Assembly: GCA_017403145.1 (NCBI GenBank)
Contig: JAFQOO010000005.1
Coordinates: 107,141 to 171,140 of the forward strand
Direction of reading: 5' to 3'
DNA length: 64,000 nt
DNA from: Clostridia bacterium
Lineage (GTDB): Bacteria > Bacillota > Clostridia > Christensenellales > DTU072
Positions 52,701 through 60,567 of this stretch are shown here, piece after piece. The notes below the pieces were generated by a model. The model was not told the origin of the DNA and did no database searches. It worked only from the letters and a program-made list of their open reading frames with translations. Both the position numbers and the translations under genes were made by a program. The number at the start of each line of letters is the position of its first letter. Position 1 is the stretch's first letter.

Positions 52701-55046
52701 TTCAAGTTTGTTTCCATTGTAGGTTTGATGTAGATGGGACCATTCGCAATCTAGCGTTCTTTCGGTAATTTTACAATTATAAAGGGTAAGAGAAGTGCCG
52801 GAGTTAGCAGATAGCACGTAGTTACCGGTAACGTTCAAGCCCGATATTTTAACTACCTTATTGGAACCAACTGAGCCATCGAGTAATGCGCCGGTGCTAT
52901 CGTAGAAGTTACCTGCACCAATAGTGAATGTAGGCGTATCTAGAGGAGCATTATTTGTGCCTGCAAGATAGAATCCGTAGTGTAATCTATAGGTAAGGTC
53001 GTTACCATCAACGTTAGAGGTACCATCGTATTCTCTTGTGTATGATGCCGAAAGTTGTACCAAGTCAACTTCTGCGCGAGAAATAGTATATTTGTAATTT
53101 TGAGCTTTGGTTGCGTCGAATAGGTAAATCTTGGAAGGAGCATTGGCATTGTTAACGCCCAAGCTTTCTCCATCTTGAACTTTGGTAGATTGACCTGTTT
53201 TGGAGTCGTAACGATATAGAACCATAGAATAGGTTCCAACGTTAGCACCGGTAGTAATTTGTGCGCTACCCATATCACCTATAATATTGTTGGTGGAATC
53301 CGTATCGTGTTCGGCGACCCAGTACAAATTGCTCAACAAATTGTTGCTGGTTGCACTCGGAGCACCTTGGAAAAAGATACCGGTTGTGTCGTAAATTTTA
53401 TTTCCGTCGCATACAACGTACAAAGATTTTTCGGTTGTTGCAAGTATGACGCGGAATTCATGACAATTTATTGGGATTTGATAGCTTTCGTCAAAGGTTA
53501 CGTGAGTGGTTTGTGCTACGTTATAGTAATTTTTGGTAGAAAATGCACCATTGTTAACCATATTATAGGTTAATGCAGAAATCAGATAATTTTGGTCGTC
53601 CGACTTAGCTTCAACAACAAGGGCGCCGTTATTTGCAGTATAATCGCTAAATTTGATGTTTTTAACAATACCACTACCAAAAGTTACGGAGCCATCCGCA
53701 GATTCAGCTTCAGCATAATATGCTTTAGGAGTATATTCTCTGAGTGTGTTTACCGTTAAAGAACCTTCAGTGCCTTTATAAACACTGCTTATAGAACCAC
53801 TGCCAATAGAATTTTTAATAGTTAAAGATGAAGCACCTGTCTTTGAAGGGCCGGAAGTTGAACTATAGTAATTGTAAATGCCAACGCCACTATTTTTAGA
53901 TGCATCAGCGGTGCTTCTCCATAATCCGTTTATAGTGGTTCCATTACCTACACCAACGATAGTACCTGCATTCATAGCGGAGCCGGCAAGTTCTTTAACG
54001 TAACATCTACCTTGGTATTCGTAAAGTAAGCCATGTATAGTTAAAGTACCACCATAATTGTAACCGAGTAGACCTCCAGCTAAATTTATGGTATGTAAAT
54101 ATTGTGCATTACTAGCATCTACGTAGTTATTTCTACCGGTTGCGGCAGCTCCTACGTATCCGTCGCCTTTGAAAACCAAACCATAAACTTCGGTTGAACC
54201 ACTTTGTGTTTCCCCTATCATTCCACCTGCTACCGCTCTATCGGCACGAGTGTTGGGGGAGGAGAGCATAACTGTTGCACCCTTTTTACTAGCACCAGCA
54301 CTAACGTTTTGACCACGAGCCCAAACGGAGCCATTGTTGTTGAACGTGATGTTTCTTAATTTAGCGCCTTGAGACCTACCAATCATTGCACCAACGACAG
54401 CACCTTGACCACCGGAGCAATTTTCATGGTCTGCACTATCGTCAATACCTACACCGGCAATCGTGCTATTAAGGTTGAAAGTTAGGTTTTCTATTTTTGC
54501 ACCACTATAAGCTAGTCCACATAAACCGCCTACGTAAATGGTAGTACTACCTTCACCGGAATATGTGTTAGAGGATGACTTGCTATTACCTGCAAGCATA
54601 GTCCAATATGCGTTCCATTCTATAGTCAAATTTTTGACAACCGCACTTGCACCCAATCTTCCAAAAACAGCACCAACGTAGTAGTCGTTGTTAGCACCTA
54701 TCCTATAGGAATCCGAACCGCTAACGGTGATTTTATGACCATTACCGTCAAAGGTTCCGCTAAACGTAGCAATATTTACCGTATCATTGTTAATAGAGAT
54801 GGTAATATCGCTATCTAGCTTGTATTCTCCCGTTACGGTGCCGGAACTACCGTTTAGTTGAATTACGCTACGGTAGTTATCCGAGGTAATAGTTGTTGCT
54901 GCGCTAGCCACAATGGTGTCTCCGTTATCGGAAACTTGTGGAAGAGTCGCGGTTAGGGCGAAACCTAAGGCAAACAAACATATTATCACCATAATTGAGA
55001 TAATCGCGCGTGAGTTAAACTTAATGTTAGTAAATATTTTTTGCAT
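46779..55046 (-). CDS. Giant (2755 aa) cell-surface repeat protein: N-terminal GLUG-type beta-helix-like region + many MBG-type repeats + C-terminal TM anchor
   Basis: SD AAGGAG lies 7 nt before ATG 55046. There is an N-terminal signal/anchor (IISIMVIICLFALGFALTA). The first roughly 450 aa have FDGNGHKITV and repeated GG(L/M)xG motifs (GGLCGL, AGGMIGE, AGGLLGY). At least 12 modules then follow with the Y(D/N)G...(A/V)G(T/S/V)Y...NY signature (e.g. YEYDGSSHTV...DAGSYTVRYSLRNPNYTI). The protein ends with a TM segment (VVAGSAVGGIGLIFLIGYLV) plus a basic tail, and there is no LPXTG motif. Confidence 0.9.
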   Translation of the reverse strand: MQKIFTNIKFNSRAIISIMVIICLFALGFALTATLPQVSDNGDTIVASAATTITSDNYRSVIQLNGSSGTVTGEYKLDSDITISINNDTVNIATFSGTFDGNGHKITVSGSDSYRIGANNDYYVGAVFGRLGASAVVKNLTIEWNAYWTMLAGNSKSSSNTYSGEGSTTIYVGGLCGLAYSGAKIENLTFNLNSTIAGVGIDDSADHENCSGGQGAVVGAMIGRSQGAKLRNITFNNNGSVWARGQNVSAGASKKGATVMLSSPNTRADRAVAGGMIGETQSGSTEVYGLVFKGDGYVGAAATGRNNYVDASNAQYLHTINLAGGLLGYNYGGTLTIHGLLYEYQGRCYVKELAGSAMNAGTIVGVGNGTTINGLWRSTADASKNSGVGIYNYYSSTSGPSKTGASSLTIKNSIGSGSISSVYKGTEGSLTVNTLREYTPKAYYAEAESADGSVTFGSGIVKNIKFSDYTANNGALVVEAKSDDQNYLISALTYNMVNNGAFSTKNYYNVAQTTHVTFDESYQIPINCHEFRVILATTEKSLYVVCDGNKIYDTTGIFFQGAPSATSNNLLSNLYWVAEHDTDSTNNIIGDMGSAQITTGANVGTYSMVLYRYDSKTGQSTKVQDGESLGVNNANAPSKIYLFDATKAQNYKYTISRAEVDLVQLSASYTREYDGTSNVDGNDLTYRLHYGFYLAGTNNAPLDTPTFTIGAGNFYDSTGALLDGSVGSNKVVKISGLNVTGNYVLSANSGTSLTLYNCKITERTLDCEWSHLHQTYNGNKLEPSVTATNLIGGDSVVFNYAVYNTINDAISGTEVTKTTVKDGSKGDDDYYVVRATIASNPNYKLRDGYIQEHMYVYKKEIGLTWTAFNKGFSNENQEVTCVVTNANTVIAAGDEVGIVISYYHNETATNNVPLKNAGTYVATATITNENYSLNSATATFSDIRITPIDISVVFYTGTDSSSNDVYDLVYQGTTYNKDANGLHAKLAPASQGKGLIDDNIDITYSGDMIIVGTYTATASLVESYENPDDSIVLTNYSISNAQQSVTIVPRAIMLTYDTDSYEYDGSSHTVVGYVGETLCGNDIVTVIDQVYDSNYNPTTAIDAGSYTVRYSLRNPNYTIKTGYDSHVLTITQYDMEKANSVVSIDKIADIEYIGYEINQSTINPNNPNEKLLNIVVRFGETIMQAENYTVYISNNTNAGTANVTISGQKNFKGSIETTFTITKALLNVRFTSPTTLPYNGKTQAVTAEFIGYKAQDGEIGMTIDYGGKTPKDYGRYTATVNFTSAPANYVLSDNIKDRQFNFEITQKTLEIGFSGYSNLTYDGTNHKYDALTNPDGIKVAFKNPEYICEGDTLELNITFIFDATKREEEPRNAGVYTATATLSGNSNYAISSNSINPVKFEIAKYLIALEYDLSTVSHVYSAEAKTASYSISASTPIIAEDPVISLSYRNMDTDSDIIGNPVNVGNYQISARVGNANYTTDTKQVQNFVIAKAPLEIRFNLQNGGIYNYEANKRTISYTFVAPNTTLGSDEINLVVKYYDESGASINDCINAGTYKVSAELPTNVEVAKNYYIINANDNYSTAFSDSFTIMPRYIFAKFDKNSNANTYYYDGTTMVVGAEIGDNYGRIEDAGYYDKSGVMLDLNLSAEKVSFIVKLYKGSIISDEYQIESIKDVGTYTATVTLDANNPINKNYLIYEDNQERYPTTATIVINPKDITFKTSSVKFKKTYGDEDGSLILALNTQNTTGILEGDEIYVKLLRQSGETVGDYRYTGFNLVNKVVDENNNVSYEIANSSEANSNYNINYFGYDGANDTFRIDELEVYFDAKRFEFDYMTPIINLVQEIRLYSPVLGEYTVIVAMEPINSNTIKEGTDAGSYDLSTSCTDNNSNVVCKMNEGTNKGKIVIVGRSVKVTLNNNHIYAFDNNTYYITFGETFTYKDTQGNDITSYDPDYYNGLLIDFEKCDANITEENFKQYVRITREAITSSYDIGGIPYKESGYALTIEFLKKLDNGEFIVDKNYRAIDENGNNVNYRLFVNKFNLNTVFNVGNDATRPSVTIQKPYDGTKTASIDPSKTNIPERFLNHQLSVYAEYDNANAGQNKIINIIYKFKVDEYANNYVLPGEIGENGVQKTDGILKYTDQAIIDKVNLTLTFGQGDYDLVYGEHYSQNVVDEFDIAYPNIIYKGFVNNETPDSANVGIKVYINYKENYLSGEGNVETIMSASKHTIVIINDKESYTNYNIVKKNERGDLVVVQMGEIAAEQDVNITPREVTISAGSTFVKTVDGTTYAEITQENYVINGLIERDANTTGALKVNYKAVLTSADPGKTTVVMTINALEGTHSDNYKLPANEDSRIVIIPAEIKELAIVKFGSKSYSFDFDNTAKTVEPIIEEDSIQENVKYILKYEGRRYDGKDYLLQTSAPKSAGVYTINCYFYHESDEQDISKYRLLASTEMVINKVTPTLYFTGTFTQTYGSFTAINASVKAPGLEKAIDVRYSFENEDGTLPAFPPAGRHTVSASFEETNDYLDVEGTQSIQIKTKTISVSFDGYKNLVYNGYTRNDDVKVYFNGVIVGDNCEPVKIFNVDTIRDAGTYRLIVTPSNSSYTISGSNSVEFTIAKKVLKVSTPANITTYAGIAPKINLIYEGFVENEGVEDIAVLPTPKLTSGKVGVNVIEFNEGYDENYSFNYFNGVYTIVYESPNEDKPNITPYVVAGSAVGGIGLIFLIGYLVKIANYKAITRGVAKRTIRKQMMGKKK

Positions 55047-55096
55047 CGTTTGGCTCCTTAATCGATGTCAATAATTTTGTGTTTGTGTTCCTAGAA

Positions 55097-55795
55097 CTAA
55101 TCTATTTCAACGATATCTTCACCGTCTAGGAAATCGGGGATATCGTCGTCTTCATCACCGAAAAATTCGTCTTCGGGGAAGTCGCCTTCTCCGTCGTCGT
55201 TATCTTCGGGGTGAGTCATATCAATATTACGGTCGCGGAACAAGGTGCTTTCCTTCGCATAATATTTTTCAAAGTTGTTCTTTATCTTTAGCATCAAGTC
55301 GTCGTAGTCGGGAAGCTCTTCAAGACTTTCAAGACCGAATTTCTTTAGAAACTCGTTGGTCGTGCCATATAAAATAGGTTTACCTATGGTTTCCTTTCTA
55401 CCAACCGCTTCGATAAGATTTAACTTTAGTAGCATAGCAATAACGTAATCACTACCAACGCCACGCAAATCTTCGATTTCCGTTCTGGTAACGGGCTGTT
55501 TGTAGGCAACGATTGCCAAAACCTGCAACAAGGTTTTGGATAACTGACGTTCTCTTGTTTCAAGTAACAAGTCGGCAAGTAAATCACCGTGAGCGGGATT
55601 TGATTGGAATTGATATACGTTATTTGCAACGATAAGATGTATTCCGCGTTCTCCGGAATATTGTTTCTTTAGGGTTTCTAGAGCTTTTTCAATATCTTTT
55701 TTAGCATATTGCTCTTTGAGTCCCTTTATAATATCGTCGCGGTGCATACCGTGTCCGCTTGCGAAAATCAAGGACTCAATTATATTCAACGGCAT
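55097..55795 (-). CDS. scpB: Segregation and condensation protein B, with a long acidic C-terminal tail
   Basis: 232-aa ORF with the wHTH pattern (IESLIFASG..., LAIVAYKQPVTRTEIEDLRGV). It overlaps the scpA stop. Confidence 0.9.
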   Translation of the reverse strand: MPLNIIESLIFASGHGMHRDDIIKGLKEQYAKKDIEKALETLKKQYSGERGIHLIVANNVYQFQSNPAHGDLLADLLLETRERQLSKTLLQVLAIVAYKQPVTRTEIEDLRGVGSDYVIAMLLKLNLIEAVGRKETIGKPILYGTTNEFLKKFGLESLEELPDYDDLMLKIKNNFEKYYAKESTLFRDRNIDMTHPEDNDDGEGDFPEDEFFGDEDDDIPDFLDGEDIVEID

Positions 55796-56657
55796 CGTTT
55801 AATACGTCCTCCTGTACGTTAAATGTATCTGTTGTAGCAGTTGCTTCCACGAAGATTTCTGCCTCGGCATTTTCTTGTGCTATGGTTGCAACTTGTTGTT
55901 TGCATAGTTCTAAAACAGCAAGGAAGGTGTTTATTATCTCTAGCTTACTGAAATCGGGGTCGAATAAGTCTATAAGCTTCAATCTACGATATACGCGTAG
56001 TGCCTCAACGACGTCGATAACCCTATCTGCAACGGTAAAACGTTCGTTGGGAATGGTTTTTTCAACGTGTTTATCCTCTTCAAATTCCGCTCTTTCCAAC
56101 ATTCTGGAGAATGCGTCTATCATCTTTTGTAGGGAGAAATCTTTAATAACCAATTTATATTCGTTTTCACCAAAAACAGGTTCACGATAAAAACGGTTTA
56201 GGATTTCCAACTCCTGCATCTTTTCCGCTGCATTCCTATAGGCTGCGTATTCCTCCGCGCGCCTAAAGAATAATTCTTCGTCGGAAATAAACTCGTCAAG
56301 GTCGCTGTCGTCAAAGTCCAAATTTGGAAGTAGTGAGTTTGCTTTGAACTCAATTAGAGTGGCTGCAAGAACCAAAAAGTCGGCGATATCGTCGTAATTA
56401 CGTTCGTCTTTTGTCAATTCAACGACGTAATCAAGGTATTGTTGTGTAATATCGGAAATAAAAATATCGCGAATTGCAACTTTATTTTGCTTACAAATAT
56501 CGAGTAATTTATCAAGAGCAACGTCCTCTTCGTACAAATGATACGAGAGGTTTAGAAATGATAATTTGGAAGAGCTTACTTCGGTGTCGATTTCAACGAC
56601 TTCTTCTACCTTTTCCCTAAGTATTTCTTCGTTTGTAGTGATATTTTCTTCAGCCAT
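55776..56657 (-). CDS. scpA: Segregation and condensation protein A (kleisin)
   Basis: 293-aa ORF directly upstream of scpB. The typical LDLLLxLI-type N-terminal block appears here as LDKLLDICKQNKVAIRDIFISDITQQYL. Confidence 0.9.
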   Translation of the reverse strand: MAEENITTNEEILREKVEEVVEIDTEVSSSKLSFLNLSYHLYEEDVALDKLLDICKQNKVAIRDIFISDITQQYLDYVVELTKDERNYDDIADFLVLAATLIEFKANSLLPNLDFDDSDLDEFISDEELFFRRAEEYAAYRNAAEKMQELEILNRFYREPVFGENEYKLVIKDFSLQKMIDAFSRMLERAEFEEDKHVEKTIPNERFTVADRVIDVVEALRVYRRLKLIDLFDPDFSKLEIINTFLAVLELCKQQVATIAQENAEAEIFVEATATTDTFNVQEDVLNDAVEYN

Positions 56658-56658
56658 A

Positions 56659-57393
56659 TTACATTAAGAATATTTTTATCGATTGTAACGTTACTTTACT
56701 TATCATATCCGATATCAAATCGCCGAATAAATTGAATATATTCAGCCATCTAATACCGAAAATATTGCCTATATTTCCAATCAAAATTAGTCCGATTAGA
56801 ATAAAAGAGCCATATCTAACCATAATTTTTTGGAATTTGTTACCATAAGGTAAAAAGGTATTTATCATATTGAATCCGTCTAGCGGATATATGGGTAAAA
56901 TGTTAAAAAATGCTAGCATAAAGTTGATTTGAACGCCTAAAATCAATAAAGAATAGACGAAATTCATCAAAACGCTAACAATTGCGTTGGTGCCGGAAGC
57001 GTACATTGTTTTTACGATAACGGGATATAAAAGGAAATGTAAAAGCAAGCAAAAGCCTGCAACGATTAGATTTGCAGATATGCCGGCAATAGATACCGTA
57101 AAAATACCCCTTTTGCGATTGGTAAAGTTATTGGGATTGATTGGTACGGGTTTAGCCCAACCGAACCCAACTAAAAGCATCATAGCTACTCCGATTGGGT
57201 CTAAGTGTGCAGTGGGGTTGAGAGTCAATCTTCCCCTATCTTTTGCAGTTAAATCACCATTTAGCTTTGCAACGTAACCGTGAGCTACTTCGTGAATAAC
57301 GATAGAAAAAGTAGCTACCAAAACGAATGCAAGTGCAACTATGATTTTATCCGAAATACTGCCTTCGGCTCTTAACAAATTAAAAATGAACAT
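56659..57393 (-). CDS. Site-2 protease family (peptidase M50) membrane metalloprotease
   Basis: 244-aa multi-TM ORF with HEVAHG (HExxH) in TM1 and LDG in a later helix. Confidence 0.8.
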   Translation of the reverse strand: MFIFNLLRAEGSISDKIIVALAFVLVATFSIVIHEVAHGYVAKLNGDLTAKDRGRLTLNPTAHLDPIGVAMMLLVGFGWAKPVPINPNNFTNRKRGIFTVSIAGISANLIVAGFCLLLHFLLYPVIVKTMYASGTNAIVSVLMNFVYSLLILGVQINFMLAFFNILPIYPLDGFNMINTFLPYGNKFQKIMVRYGSFILIGLILIGNIGNIFGIRWLNIFNLFGDLISDMISKVTLQSIKIFLM

Positions 57394-57421
57394 AATAACC
57401 TATTTTTGCTTTTATGGACAC

Positions 57422-57450
57422 ATTATATAATAAATACGTGCGCGTGTCAA
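57422..57450 (-). promoter_or_regulatory. Consensus sigma-A promoter of the M50-scpAB(-giant gene) unit
   Basis: On the minus strand: TTGACA (57450-57445), a 17-nt spacer CGCGCACGTATTTATTA, then TATAAT (57427-57422). Confidence 0.65.
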
Positions 57451-57470
57451 TACGTGCTCGCACATAATTT

Positions 57471-57503
57471 AACATAAAATAAAGCGCGTGCATACACACG
57501 CGC
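57471..57503 (-). terminator. Intrinsic terminator after the DacF-like gene
   Basis: On the minus strand GCGCGTG-TGTATG-CACGCGC (7 bp) is followed by TTTATTTTATG. Confidence 0.7.
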
Positions 57504-57532
57504 CTAATATTTTACTAAAATTATACTGAAAC

Positions 57533-58729
57533 CTATTTTCCTAAAAACCAATTTTGAAGAATTTCATCTAGTCCATCAAGATAAGATTTGCTTTCTATAT
57601 CATTCAATGCAACAAGATTGACTTGGTCTTTTAGCTCTTTAGTTTTTTTATCAATGAGTTTTACAACCCCTATTTTACTTCCTTTATCAATGGGTGCTTT
57701 TAGGTTGTCGTCAATGATAATTTCAACGTCAAAATCGGGTTTTTCGCCTTTCTTTGCAAGAATAAAAACGTCTTTATCAACCATTACTTCGCATTTACTA
57801 GATTTAGCACCTTTAACGTTGATTTCCGTTGGAATTGCTTTGCCTTTTTCTAACAGACATATTGTTCGAAAGTTTGCAAAAGCATAGTTGAATAAATCGG
57901 TTATTTCTTTATTCCTTTCTTTGCTACTTGGTGCGCCCAAAACCGTTGCGATTACTCTAGTATTATCACGCTTAGCGGTCGCGGAAAGACAAAACATTGC
58001 TTCCGAAGTAAATCCCGTTTTACCACCGTCGCAACCTTTATAAAATCGTACCAATTTGTTAGTGTTTGTTAGCTCGGTAGTACGACCATCAGGGTGAGTA
58101 TAGTTTTCTAGATATATGGTAGAAAAATCATAATATTTGGGGTGTTTTAGTAAGTTTTTCATCATTTTTGAAACGTCTCGCGCAGTACTATATTGCCCCT
58201 CTTGAGGTAGTCCGGTAACGTTTACAAAGCGTGTGTTTTGCATACCGAATTCATTTGCTTTTTCGTTCATCAAATCGATAAAAACGTCAACCGAGCCACT
58301 TATTTTTTCCGCTAAAGCAACGCTGGCATCGTTTGCTGAAACAACGGTTACACCTTTGATTAAATCGGAAATTGAATACTCTAAACCTGCGTCTAGGAAC
58401 ATCTGGGAACCACCCATACCCGATGCGTTTTCGCTAATAACGATTTTTTCGTCAAAAGATAAATGTCCCTTTTCTATTTCGTCGAAAACGATATTCAAAG
58501 TCATAATTTTAACCATACTTGCTATTGGATACTTAGCATCGGCATTTCTTTCAAACAATACTTGCTCTGTATCATAATCTATAACGTATGCAGACCTAGA
58601 ATTATAGTTACCTATTTTCTTTTGAACGTTAGTATTATTTTCGGGCTTAGCACTAGCCACGACCGTAGGAGTCAAGGCTAGAATTATAGCAAAACTGATA
58701 GCACATATAAATATAATAAATTTCTTCAT
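57533..58729 (-). CDS. D-alanyl-D-alanine carboxypeptidase (peptidase S11, DacF-like)
   Basis: Has a signal peptide and the motifs SMVKIMT (SxxK), SANDAS (SxN) and KTGFT (KTG), plus the C-terminal PBP5-type domain. Confidence 0.85.
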   Translation of the reverse strand: MKKFIIFICAISFAIILALTPTVVASAKPENNTNVQKKIGNYNSRSAYVIDYDTEQVLFERNADAKYPIASMVKIMTLNIVFDEIEKGHLSFDEKIVISENASGMGGSQMFLDAGLEYSISDLIKGVTVVSANDASVALAEKISGSVDVFIDLMNEKANEFGMQNTRFVNVTGLPQEGQYSTARDVSKMMKNLLKHPKYYDFSTIYLENYTHPDGRTTELTNTNKLVRFYKGCDGGKTGFTSEAMFCLSATAKRDNTRVIATVLGAPSSKERNKEITDLFNYAFANFRTICLLEKGKAIPTEINVKGAKSSKCEVMVDKDVFILAKKGEKPDFDVEIIIDDNLKAPIDKGSKIGVVKLIDKKTKELKDQVNLVALNDIESKSYLDGLDEILQNWFLGK

Positions 58730-58788
58730 TTTATACCTCTTGGACTAGTATGCCGAGAGGAGTGATTTTTATGCTAAAACTTTCGAAT

Positions 58789-59400
58789 TTATATAAAAAT
58801 TATCAAAATCAAATAGAAAATAAGCCAATAAACAAATATGAATAAGCTTACCAAAATCCATATTGGCGTGATGGCTTTTTGTATGCTTTTTTTATGAAAC
58901 GAGAGATTGATTAGGCTCTTTCTATTGCAATTATAATTGAGTAAATAATATATTTCTTTAAGCGCGCAAATAAAACCTACTAGGACTATCAATGCGGTTG
59001 GTAAAAGATACAAAAGCGTAAAAATCAAACCGCTTAGGGTATGCACTACTATTGCTTTGAATGCGTAAACGAAAACAAAATATGTAATAAGCAAAATGCT
59101 ACCGTAACCGATGACTATAAACGATATAAAATGTATTGCGGTAATAAACCATATTGCATAGAATACCGCGCACCAAAGAATTAGTCGAATGATTTGTGGA
59201 ATGGGCGAGGAATTTCCGCTAAATATGGCATAAACAAAGTTATTTGTATCGGTAATGTCGCTAAAATCCTTGCTTAGTGCAAGCAAAATCCCAATCGCAA
59301 AAGCGCCTAAACAGATATATAAGTGCAGTTTATTCTCTAAAATACACTTTTTGAGGGAGTAAATATTATCTTTTATGTAGCAACCAAGTTTTTTAAGCAT
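58789..59400 (-). CDS. Integral membrane protein (5 predicted TM), possibly SpoIIM-like
   Basis: 203-aa ORF. Hydrophobic helices follow a short cytoplasmic N-terminus. Size, topology and the sporulation-gene neighbourhood suggest SpoIIM, but no motif was verified. Confidence 0.5.
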   Translation of the reverse strand: MLKKLGCYIKDNIYSLKKCILENKLHLYICLGAFAIGILLALSKDFSDITDTNNFVYAIFSGNSSPIPQIIRLILWCAVFYAIWFITAIHFISFIVIGYGSILLITYFVFVYAFKAIVVHTLSGLIFTLLYLLPTALIVLVGFICALKEIYYLLNYNCNRKSLINLSFHKKSIQKAITPIWILVSLFIFVYWLIFYLILIIFI

Positions 59401-59435
59401 ATAAAAATATACTCAAAAGACTTGGTTTTTATGCT

Positions 59436-60467
59436 CTAAAAGAGCCAATCTATATATACCCCGTAACCAATAGTGGAATCATTTAGAAAGACGTGAGTTA
59501 CCGCGCCGATGAGTTTATCATCTTGGATTATAGGAGAGCCACTCATTCCTTGCACGATGCCACCGCTTGCTTCTAAAAGTTGCTTATCGGTAACGCGGAT
59601 TACCATACTTTTAATATCGGGTTTATCTTGATTGTATGCTTTTACGATTTCGATTTGATATCTTTTAGGTTGCGAACCCTCTATGGTTGTATAGATATAA
59701 GCTTTCCCCGGTTTAACGTCGATTTTTGAACCTATTTTAACCTTTTTATCCAATTTTAGCGCATTTTTATTGGGTATAATACCATATACACCAAACTCGC
59801 AATTCCTGATAGTCGAACCGATTTCGGACGCATTTTTATCAAAAGTACCCTTTAGCGCCCCGGCTTCATCTTTGCTACCTTTGTATACGCCAATTACGTT
59901 TGCATTATAAATTTTACCGCATTGATAAAGAGCTTGATTGTTAAGGTTAGGGTCGCAAATTTTATGCCCAAGCGAGCAATAATTACCATTATTATCGACG
60001 TAAGTGAGCGTTCCTATGCCGGAAATATCATTTTTTACTATTAAACCTAGTTTACGTGCGCCGGCAAGAGGGTCAAAGACGGGCGATGCTAATAGTTCAA
60101 TTTCATTTTCAGCGCGTTTTGCTACTAATTTAACAGTGTTATCTGCATTAGAAATAGCGTTTTGTAAATCAACGGGAGTTTTTACAACCTTGTCATTTGT
60201 TTTTATAATCATATCCCCTACCTGCAAGCCACAATCTTTTGCTGGACAAAGGTTTCCGCTTGCAGTGATTATGGGTTTAAAGTCGATGACTATCAGTCCA
60301 TCGCTATTTATGTTTAACCCAATTGGTTGACCGCCAAGGTAGACTTCTTTTTCTTGTGCAAAAGTAACGTCGTGGTGGTTGAATATTGCAAAGGAAAATG
60401 TTGATATAAATAATAAAACTAGGATGATAAGTAAGCTTTTAAATTTGATGTTTTTTCGCTCTAACAT
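59436..60467 (-). CDS. spoIVB: SpoIVB serine peptidase (S55) with PDZ domain
   Basis: ATG 60467 lies 7 nt after GGGAGG. There is a TM anchor and a PDZ domain (GLQVGDMIIKTNDK). The motifs are GIGTLTYVD...SLGH and the catalytic GMSGSPII. Confidence 0.88.
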   Translation of the reverse strand: MLERKNIKFKSLLIILVLLFISTFSFAIFNHHDVTFAQEKEVYLGGQPIGLNINSDGLIVIDFKPIITASGNLCPAKDCGLQVGDMIIKTNDKVVKTPVDLQNAISNADNTVKLVAKRAENEIELLASPVFDPLAGARKLGLIVKNDISGIGTLTYVDNNGNYCSLGHKICDPNLNNQALYQCGKIYNANVIGVYKGSKDEAGALKGTFDKNASEIGSTIRNCEFGVYGIIPNKNALKLDKKVKIGSKIDVKPGKAYIYTTIEGSQPKRYQIEIVKAYNQDKPDIKSMVIRVTDKQLLEASGGIVQGMSGSPIIQDDKLIGAVTHVFLNDSTIGYGVYIDWLF

Positions 60468-60567
60468 AAAATTACCTCCCAATTATTTTGTGATAAAGGA
60501 AGGTAATTATGCTAAAATATTATTCTAAAATATGTTAAAATTTATAATACTCGAAAGCTTAAATGTG

